Below the pieces are notes generated by a model. That model saw only the letters and a program-made list of their open reading frames with translations, searched no databases and was not told the origin of the DNA. Shown piece after piece: positions 1 through 5,959 of a stretch of DNA of 34,813 nt. The position numbers and the translations under genes are program-made. The stretch is from Candidatus Daviesbacteria bacterium (GTDB taxonomy: Bacteria; Patescibacteriota; Microgenomatia; Daviesbacterales; UBA10151): the NCBI GenBank assembly GCA_016432425.1, contig CP066688.1:409398-444210 (forward strand), in the 5' to 3' direction. The stretch's first letter is position 1. Every line of letters begins with the position of its first letter.

Positions 1-260
1 TTAGCTTGGTTTGCCTGTGTAGCTGCCAGAGCGGTGGGGATAAAAGAGTTGGAAGTTTTAATTTGAAAATTATCTAAATCATGTTTTAATTTAGGTGCCA
101 CAGTTTGCCAAATATCTACGTGGGGTTTAAAAAGAGTGGTCTGGGGTCTAACTCCTAAGTATGGTAGAGCAACCATTAAAAACACCATCAATAAACTGAT
201 CCAAAAGGCTTTTAAGCTATAGCCATTTAAATTTTTTAAAAATGATGAAAAGCTATTCAT
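1..260 (-). CDS. hypothetical protein, N-terminal fragment (ORF runs off the left window edge)
   Basis: The ATG is at 260 (complement of cat 258-260), 2 nt past the stop of the upstream GH18 gene. My translation MNSFSSFLKNLNGYSLKAFWISLLMVFLMVALPYLGV... stays open to position 1 and has a hydrophobic anchor-like segment. It is absent from the ORF track because it is truncated. Confidence 0.4.
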   Translation of the reverse strand, partial: MNSFSSFLKNLNGYSLKAFWISLLMVFLMVALPYLGVRPQTTLFKPHVDIWQTVAPKLKHDLDNFQIKTSNSFIPTALAATQANQA

Positions 261-261
261 T

Positions 262-1548
262 TTAATCATTAGCAGCTAATTTGGACCCAAATTTTTCAGC
301 TAACAGATGCCATAGCTCTTGTTTGCCTTCATCAAATCCCAAGGCCCAAATGCCCACTCCTGCCAAATTTTTCTGTTTGGCGAAGTCGTATTTTAAAGCC
401 AGTGACTGTTTATCATCAGTAAACACTATTCTCCAAGTGTCGGTATCGGCTATATGATAAGCTTTATAGGGAACTTGGCTGTCAGGATCACGCCCTTCAA
501 CAAACTCATCAATTCCCTCCATCTCCGGCTTGATTTCGTCCTGTACTATCTGGTAAGTTTGCGCTTTGGGTTTCCCCCTCCAAGAATAAAGTGGCCTGGT
601 TTCCGCTTTTACTTGGGGACTGTAGACTAAGTAGTTATAACCATAGTAGGGTACCCCCAGGATTAATTTGTCAGGGGGCATGACCTGTAAAAAATCATTG
701 ACCGCGGAAGAAATATCATACCAATACCCTCGGGGGCTGTTAGTGCCGTAAAGGGGAGCAGTGGGTATGGCATGTTGAGATCCGGTAGTGGCAAAATCGT
801 AAGCCATCATAAAAATTCCATCACTAAGTCTGCCTAGGGTGGGAATATCGTAAATTTTAGGTTCTTTAATGGAAGCTGCATAAACAGATACAGTCACTCT
901 GGAGGAGCTGTTGGCTTGGTGCATCTGCTCAGTTAATTTGGCCACAAATTGACTGAATTTAGTTTTATATCTCGACCCCGGATCGCCATCAAATTCAAAA
1001 TCCACATTAATGCCGTCAATGCCTCTTTTTTGGACTTCAGTAATTGCCTGATTAATCGCTTTTTGTTGGGCCGTTTCATCATCCATCAGTTGTAAAATAG
1101 AATAGTTGTCCATTTGGGTTAAAGTTAGAACTACTCTGGTGCTACTGGCATGAGCTTTTTTAAACAGGCGGGTAACTTTGTCGCTATAAAAAGCTTCGTA
1201 CCCAGGACTGTCCTGCAATAAATTACCATCTCCTCCTACCTCAATACCAAAATAAGCTAAGGTAGTTAACACATTGAAATTGACATTATCCAGCTTATCC
1301 AAAGTCCAAAAAGGGGCAAAACCAAAGACTTCTGTACTAGTTTTGCTATTTGTTAGAGGGTGAAGAGGGGAAACCAGTGGTTCGATTAAATTTTTAGCAG
1401 GCTGCAAACCATTCAGTAAAATAACTACAATAAGTAAAAGATCAATCAGAGAAGCTAGAACGTATTTAGCTCTCTTAAATTGTCGAATTTGCCCTGGAAA
1501 TTTAACCAGGGGGAACCTTTTGGAGGGAGCTGGCAGAAAGTTAATCAT
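262..1548 (-). CDS. glycoside hydrolase family 18 (chitinase/YaaH-like) protein with N-terminal membrane anchor
   Basis: 428-aa ORF. The GH18 catalytic motif is present in the form DGINVDFEF (DxxDxDxE with D-x-E retained). There is an N-terminal TM helix, LASLIDLLLIVVILL. Confidence 0.8.
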   Translation of the reverse strand: MINFLPAPSKRFPLVKFPGQIRQFKRAKYVLASLIDLLLIVVILLNGLQPAKNLIEPLVSPLHPLTNSKTSTEVFGFAPFWTLDKLDNVNFNVLTTLAYFGIEVGGDGNLLQDSPGYEAFYSDKVTRLFKKAHASSTRVVLTLTQMDNYSILQLMDDETAQQKAINQAITEVQKRGIDGINVDFEFDGDPGSRYKTKFSQFVAKLTEQMHQANSSSRVTVSVYAASIKEPKIYDIPTLGRLSDGIFMMAYDFATTGSQHAIPTAPLYGTNSPRGYWYDISSAVNDFLQVMPPDKLILGVPYYGYNYLVYSPQVKAETRPLYSWRGKPKAQTYQIVQDEIKPEMEGIDEFVEGRDPDSQVPYKAYHIADTDTWRIVFTDDKQSLALKYDFAKQKNLAGVGIWALGFDEGKQELWHLLAEKFGSKLAAND

Positions 1549-1612
1549 ACCGCACCCTCAAAGACATTAAAGATGTAAGCGGAAAGAGAGAATTTGAGAA
1601 TGCAACTGCGGA

Positions 1613-1641
1613 CTATATCAGGATGTTAAAAATTTGTCAAG
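1613..1641 (-). promoter_or_regulatory. sigma70-type promoter for the GH18 operon
   Basis: On the minus strand: TTGACA (1641-1636), a 17-nt spacer, then TATAGT (1618-1613). A GAGGGTG Shine-Dalgarno follows just upstream of the ATG at 1548. Confidence 0.45.
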
Positions 1642-1698
1642 TTTTGGGCAAGTTTTGTGTAATAACAGCCTGGAAGAAGTGTGAGAAAAGTGTAATCT

Positions 1699-1953
1699 TT
1701 AGTCTGTTTTCATGATGGCCCGGCTGATAAAAAGCAGCAGTAGGGAACCTAAGACGGCCAAAGAAAGAGAGGTGATATTAAAACCAGTGACCCCGGTTCC
1801 TAAAACTAAGTTTCCCAAAAATCCTCCTACCAAAGCTCCCACAATCCCCAATATAATGGCTCCCAGCATGCCTCCTTGGGTAGGATGGGGGTCTAGTAGG
1901 TTGGCCACTACTCCGACAATTAGTCCAAAAAGTAGCCAGGCTAAAATGGTCAT
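1699..1953 (-). CDS. GlsB/YeaQ/YmgE family transglycosylase-associated stress membrane protein
   Basis: 84 aa, Gly-rich with three hydrophobic helices (WLLFGLIVGVVANLL...GAIILGIVGALVGGFLG), which is typical of this family. Confidence 0.85.
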   Translation of the reverse strand: MTILAWLLFGLIVGVVANLLDPHPTQGGMLGAIILGIVGALVGGFLGNLVLGTGVTGFNITSLSLAVLGSLLLLFISRAIMKTD

Positions 1954-2060
1954 GGTTGCATAGTATATTTTTCAGATGAAAATAGCAGCCAAAAAATAGT
2001 AAGGGATTAGCAAGAGTGTTTAATTAGGAATACACTAACCTTCAGTTGATATTTACTCAA

Positions 2061-2089
2061 TTGACATTTCTTGGTTCGCAATCTATTAT
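2061..2089 (+). promoter_or_regulatory. sigma70-type promoter, predicted leaderless start at 2097
   Basis: TTGACA 2061-2066, 17-nt spacer, TATTAT 2084-2089. The ATG at 2097 lies 7 nt downstream and has no SD. Confidence 0.45.
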
Positions 2090-2096
2090 AAAATCA

Positions 2097-2786
2097 ATGG
2101 GATATTTCGGAAAACTTGAGGAAAAATTAAAGGCTCAAGAGCTTCGTCGCCGAGGTCTTTCATATGGAGAGATACTTTTACAAATTAATGTTTCAAAGGA
2201 TACTATAAGCAGATGGTGCCGTGATATTGCCTTGACAAAAACTCAAAAAAAGAGGCTTCTTAAAAATAAAGTATTTGGGCAAAAAAAGGGTTCACAGGTT
2301 GCCGCTGAAAATAAAAGGCGAAAAAGACTTCTAAGAACTAAAGAAATTTTTGAAATATCCAAAAGTGAACTCGGAGAGTTAAATAAAAGGGATAGGTTTT
2401 TAGCCGGGATTGCTTTTTATGCCAGTGAGGGGGATAAAACTGATGGTAAAGGAGGAGTTGCTAATTCAGATCCCAGAATTATTAAATTTATGATTAAATG
2501 GTTTAAAGAGTTTTGTAAAATACCGATGTCTAAATTTAGAGGTGCTTTATGGTTACATGAAGGGTTGGATGAAGAAAAGGCTAAAAAATTTTGGTGTAAG
2601 CTAACGAATATTCCCACGCAACAGTTTCATAAGACTTATATTGCTAAGGATAAAAAGGATAGTAGAAAAATTAGAAAAAACATACATCAATACGGAGTTT
2701 TTGCAATTAGATTTAGTGATGCAGATAAGCAGAGACGAATCATGGGGTGGATTTCAGCTTTGGTAGATGATAGAATTCAAAAGTAG
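2097..2786 (+). CDS. helix-turn-helix plus LAGLIDADG-like homing-endonuclease-like protein (putative)
   Basis: The ORF track gives 2046-2786. I prefer the ATG at 2097 (MGYFGKLEE) because of the promoter position. The N-terminus has an HTH-like segment (LSYGEILLQINVSKDTISRWCRD). The central FLAGIAFYASEGDK resembles a LAGLIDADG motif. The gene ends 17 nt before the intron-containing tRNA. Confidence 0.5.
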   Translation: MGYFGKLEEKLKAQELRRRGLSYGEILLQINVSKDTISRWCRDIALTKTQKKRLLKNKVFGQKKGSQVAAENKRRKRLLRTKEIFEISKSELGELNKRDRFLAGIAFYASEGDKTDGKGGVANSDPRIIKFMIKWFKEFCKIPMSKFRGALWLHEGLDEEKAKKFWCKLTNIPTQQFHKTYIAKDKKDSRKIRKNIHQYGVFAIRFSDADKQRRIMGWISALVDDRIQK

Positions 2787-2802
2787 CTTAAAAAGTGAAT
2801 AT

Positions 2803-3061
2803 TCCCCTGTAGCTCAACGGTAGAGCGAGTCGCTGTAATAGTTAGCAGCCTTCGAGGGAAACTTCGGAGTGATAAGTGGGTGAATTCAAGGAAAATCTTA
2901 AGATAACCCTGAGCCAAGTCCTAAGAGAAAATCAAAGGGAAGGTGCAGAGACTAGGTGGTTACACCAATTAGCGCCCACCACCTAAAACTTTTTAGTCAT
3001 GGTGATGAGATAGTCCATTAAAGTAACGACGAGGTTGTAGGTTCGAATCCTACCGGGGGAG
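2803..3061 (+). tRNA. tRNA-Asn(GUU) interrupted by a group I intron (exons 2803-2836 and 3024-3061)
   Basis: The joined exons fold as a cloverleaf: acceptor TCCCCTG/CGGGGGA, D arm GCTC-AACGGTA-GAGC, anticodon stem AGTCG/CGACG, loop CTGT+TAA = CUGUUAA, T arm GTAGG-TTCGAAT-CCTAC, discriminator G. CCA is not encoded. The layout closely parallels E. coli tRNA-Asn as I recall it. Confidence 0.8.
2837..3023 (+). ncRNA. group I intron (IC3-like, 187 nt, no internal ORF)
   Basis: P1: exon GCTGT 2832-2836 pairs with GCAGC 2845-2849, giving a U.G pair at the splice site. P10: TTA 2842-2844 pairs with exon TAA 3024-3026. P2 hairpin spans 2850-2869 with a GAAA tetraloop. Conserved core strings are GAGCCAAG, GTGCAGAGACTAG (2943-2955) and GAGATAGTCC (3007-3016). 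P7 is GACTA/TAGTC. The terminal nucleotide is G3023. Confidence 0.8.
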
Positions 3062-3138
3062 CATTGCTATGGATTTGGTTCGACTTCATTTACCATAAAT
3101 CTTCGGATTTTAAAGCCTCAAAGTTATATAATTGACCA

Positions 3139-3552
3139 ATGAGAATTGGCGTTGTTGGGAGTATGCAATACACTGAAAAAATGATGGAGTTGCGAGATAG
3201 ACTCGCAAAAATGGGTCATGACGCATTTTTGACAAATCTAGCCTCGCCATTTATAGGAAAATCGGATAAAGAAAAAGAGAAAATCAAAATACATCAAAAA
3301 CAAAATAAAGATGCTATCAGGGAATTTTGGAGGCTGATGCAAGGGGCTGATGCAATTCTGGTTGCTAATTTCGACAAAAACGGGGTCAAAAACTATATTG
3401 GGGGCAATACGCTAATGGAAATAGGGTTTGCACATGTGTTAAATCAAAAAATATTTTTACTCAATCCGATTCCGGAGATCCCATACTACAAAACAGAAAT
3501 AGAGGCTGTTAAACCAATTCTACTAAATGGTGACTTAGCCCTAATTCTTTAA
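3139..3552 (+). CDS. nucleoside 2-deoxyribosyltransferase-like (NDT/Rcl-fold) protein, putative
   Basis: 137 aa. The pattern MRIGVVGS...GHDAF...ADAILVAN...YIGGNTLMEIGFA...KIFLL resembles the NDT-like Rossmannoid family. TATAAT 3127-3132 lies 6 nt upstream of the ATG. Confidence 0.45.
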   Translation: MRIGVVGSMQYTEKMMELRDRLAKMGHDAFLTNLASPFIGKSDKEKEKIKIHQKQNKDAIREFWRLMQGADAILVANFDKNGVKNYIGGNTLMEIGFAHVLNQKIFLLNPIPEIPYYKTEIEAVKPILLNGDLALIL

Positions 3553-3711
3553 TTTCCTCCCATCTGGTTTTAACAACTTCAATCTCAATCGGACTTTCGA
3601 ATGCCTTAATGATCCTATTCAAGGCTGCTATAATATCGTCAGAGCTGGGGAGCTGAACTGTTAATTTTAGAACCTTGTGACCTTCAAGGCTATTTGAATT
3701 CAATTTTCCAC

Positions 3712-3739
3712 TTGACAGAGTTAGCTATTGTTGTATAAT
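3712..3739 (+). promoter_or_regulatory. sigma70-type promoter of the brnT-brnA operon
   Basis: TTGACA 3712-3717, 16-nt spacer, TATAAT 3734-3739. The ATG at 3751 is 11 nt downstream. Confidence 0.5.
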
Positions 3740-3750
3740 ACAGTATATAC

Positions 3751-4044
3751 ATGAGGATTGATAAGAATGTTGTTGCGTTTGAATGGGATGATGGCAATAG
3801 TGATAAGCCTAAAAAGCATAGTTTGACTTTGGAGGAAACAGAAGAATCTTTTCTAGATGAGAACAAAATTATCTTTGCTGACTGGGAACACTCAACAACA
3901 GAATCAAGAATTACCTTGCTTGGTAAGACCAAAAAAGGCCGGTTGCTAAATATTACTTATACTGTCCGAAAGAATAAAGTTAGAATTATTACGGCAAGAC
4001 CTATTAACAGAAAGGAGGTGCCGCTTTATGAAAAAACAGCTTAA
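3751..4044 (+). CDS. brnT: BrnT family type II toxin (DUF497 ribonuclease toxin)
   Basis: 97 aa with the family signature FEWDDGNSDKPKKH...ESR..LLG......L...YT.R....RIITARP. It overlaps the downstream antitoxin gene by 17 nt. Confidence 0.85.
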   Translation: MRIDKNVVAFEWDDGNSDKPKKHSLTLEETEESFLDENKIIFADWEHSTTESRITLLGKTKKGRLLNITYTVRKNKVRIITARPINRKEVPLYEKTA

Positions 4045-4291
4045 AATTCCGAAATTTAAAAATGAAGATGAGGAAGCAGAATTTTGGTCCAATTTAGACC
4101 TTTCAGAGTATTTGGAGCCTTCAGATTTTGAGAGGGTCAGTTTTCCCAATCTTAAACCGACCAGCCGCTCTATCTCTATCCGAATTCCCGAATATCTTTT
4201 AAATCGGCTCAAAGAAAAGGCCAATGAGATTAATATTCCCTATCAATCACTGATAAAACAATATATAAAAAAAGGAGTATTATCCTCTTAA
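4028..4291 (+). CDS. brnA: BrnA-type antitoxin (CopG/RHH-like)
   Basis: 87 aa. It has the acidic N-terminus EEAEFWSNLDLSEYL and the C-terminal ISIRIPEYLLNRLKEKANEINIPYQSLIKQYI typical of BrnA/CopG antitoxins. It is translationally coupled to brnT. Confidence 0.75.
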   Translation: MKKQLKIPKFKNEDEEAEFWSNLDLSEYLEPSDFERVSFPNLKPTSRSISIRIPEYLLNRLKEKANEINIPYQSLIKQYIKKGVLSS

Positions 4292-4332
4292 GCTCTGGGG
4301 TTATTGGGACTGGTTCGAATCCAATAGCGGGT
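4292..4332 (+). other. tRNA 3'-half-like remnant (T-arm plus acceptor-like tail), not a complete tRNA
   Basis: ACTGG-TTCGAAT-CCAAT (GGTTCGAATCC at 4312-4322) is followed by AGCGGGTA. No matching 5' acceptor strand or D/anticodon arms occur upstream, where the sequence is brnA coding. Confidence 0.3.
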
Positions 4333-4552
4333 AGGTATAAGGTTTGGCAGCGTATTTGAATGGCTTTTTATAGTATCCGGCTTTCACTAGTTGCACAGCG
4401 TCGAATAGCTCCTTCTTAATTATTGTAGCGTATCGGTGCGGGTAAAGTATATCCCTATATAACATCATTCCGTAATAAAGGGGTTTTTGAGTATAAAGTC
4501 AATGAACTTGTTATGGTAATGCTGCATTTGACCCTATGATCTAATTTGGCCT

Positions 4553-5149
4553 ATGATGGTGGTAATGGCCAAGGGTATAAAAAGTCAAGTTAAAGTTTCC
4601 ACCCCTCCGCCGATACCTGATTTAGAAAAACCCATTCTTGAGGTCAGTATTACCAACCCTTTTAAAAAGATTATGTATTGGTTGGACCAAATCCGCCGCA
4701 AGCAAACAACCACTTTTGCCATCAGGTTATCTATCCCCCTAATTGCCATCCCAATTATAGCTTTGGCTTTCTTCCAATTAGGTAAATCTTTTTCGCTGCC
4801 TTACTCTTCATCTGCTCTGCCTTCTCCAGTTCCTACTAGCTCGCCAACTCCTGACTTAAACCTGTCAAAAGCTGGGATATTAAAAATTGCCAGGGGTAAA
4901 GAGAACCGCTACCTGCTTAATTTAAAGGATGGCAGAATTATTGTTTTGGAAATTCCCTTAGGTGTTGACTTGACAAAATATCAAAATAAACAAGTTTTGG
5001 TCACCGGTCCCTACAACCGCAATACTTCGGTGATGCAAGTAGAGGATATTGCAGAAGTTGAACTCCTCAATGAAACCTCTGTTACTCCGTTACCTTCTCC
5101 CTCCCTTTTACCTTCACCAACAGCCACCTCTTCGTCTGGAAGTTCATAG
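4553..5149 (+). CDS. hypothetical membrane-anchored protein with Ser/Pro-rich linkers
   Basis: 198 aa with one TM helix (FAIRLSIPLIAIPIIALAFFQL) and SP-rich segments on both sides of a small globular region. I recognise no family. Confidence 0.5.
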   Translation: MMVVMAKGIKSQVKVSTPPPIPDLEKPILEVSITNPFKKIMYWLDQIRRKQTTTFAIRLSIPLIAIPIIALAFFQLGKSFSLPYSSSALPSPVPTSSPTPDLNLSKAGILKIARGKENRYLLNLKDGRIIVLEIPLGVDLTKYQNKQVLVTGPYNRNTSVMQVEDIAEVELLNETSVTPLPSPSLLPSPTATSSSGSS

Positions 5150-5842
5150 CACATAGGGATGGGCTTGTTGCTGCCTGGAAAGAGCAGCTTCCTTTTCTAA
5201 ACTTTTCATCTGACCAATCACAAAAAACGGCCGCTGGCAATGAATAATCCCCTTTTTTTCAAACTCTTTGACCACTAAACTGGTGGTTTCTCTGGTTAAG
5301 CCGGCCAGTGTAGCAATAAATTGATGGGTTAGAGGCAGGTCAATAATTACCTGGCCGCTTTCTTCCTTTTTGCCAAAGCGTTTGGCAGCCACGATCAAAA
5401 CTGTAGCTACCTTATTATAAGCATTGCCAAACATCAAGGATTCCATTACTCCCAAAAGGCCATCCAAACCAATTAATATTCTTTTGGTCATTTCAAAAAG
5501 CACTTGTGGTTCCTCTTTGACAAACTCTACTAAAGCTTCTTTGGGAGCGCGCAAAAGTTCAATTTTGGTCAGGGCTTCAAAAAAATAAGTGTTTTTGGTT
5601 TCTCCAATAGCCCACATCAGGGAAAAGTAAGCACCGGGTTTAAAAATATTTAAAGTTAACTCCTGTCCGGTGGGAGAAACCGTATAAAGTCTGGCATAGC
5701 CTTCCTTAAGATAAAAAACTCCCAGTGGATCATCGTCTGCCCGGATAATGACTTCTTTTTTATTATAGAGTCGTTTGGTATTAAACTTGTTAAAAAATTG
5801 CTCAACTTTTTCTTCAAAACCATCTTCAAACGCTGTTTGCAT
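5144..5842 (-). CDS. Crp/Fnr family transcriptional regulator
   Basis: It has a cNMP-binding-like beta-roll and a C-terminal HTH (THQFIATLAGLTRETTSLVVKEFEKKGII). I trimmed the start to ATG 5842 (MQTAFEDG). The 38 upstream codons in the ORF track cover the divergent promoter region. TGgTAAGAA sits 7 nt upstream of this ATG. Confidence 0.8.
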   Translation of the reverse strand: MQTAFEDGFEEKVEQFFNKFNTKRLYNKKEVIIRADDDPLGVFYLKEGYARLYTVSPTGQELTLNIFKPGAYFSLMWAIGETKNTYFFEALTKIELLRAPKEALVEFVKEEPQVLFEMTKRILIGLDGLLGVMESLMFGNAYNKVATVLIVAAKRFGKKEESGQVIIDLPLTHQFIATLAGLTRETTSLVVKEFEKKGIIHCQRPFFVIGQMKSLEKEAALSRQQQAHPYVL

Positions 5843-5959
5843 ATTCTTATTCTTACCACAAAATATAAGTTTTATTGCTAAAAAATTGTAAGAAAACAGA
5901 CAAAGTATTTGCAATTTGCTTGACGGAAAGTTTTCTGCCAATGAGATATTCTTCAAAAA

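Noticed and set aside
1712-1963. 83-aa plus-strand ORF opposite the GlsB/YeaQ gene
   Set aside because: It is a shadow ORF fully overlapping a confidently recognised minus-strand gene. Its Pro/Lys-rich translation has no features.
2833-2839. Reading the unspliced anticodon loop CTGTAAT as tRNA-Tyr(GTA)
   Set aside because: Bacterial tRNA-Tyr is class II with a long variable arm, whereas this tRNA has a 5-nt variable region. The group I rules (U before the 5' splice site, terminal G, P1 and P10 pairings) place the junction after T2836, giving GUU (Asn).
3509-4224. Minus-strand ORFs 3509-3703 (64 aa), 3690-3932 (80 aa) and 3946-4224 (92 aa) around the brnTA locus
   Set aside because: The latter two are antisense to the well-supported brnT and brnA genes. 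The first starts with TTG, has no SD or promoter that I can see, and overlaps the NDT-like gene's 3' end. It might be a small protein, but I cannot support it.
5843-5956. 38-codon N-terminal extension of the Crp/Fnr ORF in the ORF track
   Set aside because: The extension covers the divergent promoter region of the 5960 gene and encodes an implausible hydrophobic leader. An internal ATG at 5842 with an adjacent -10-like box gives a normal-length (232 aa) regulator.
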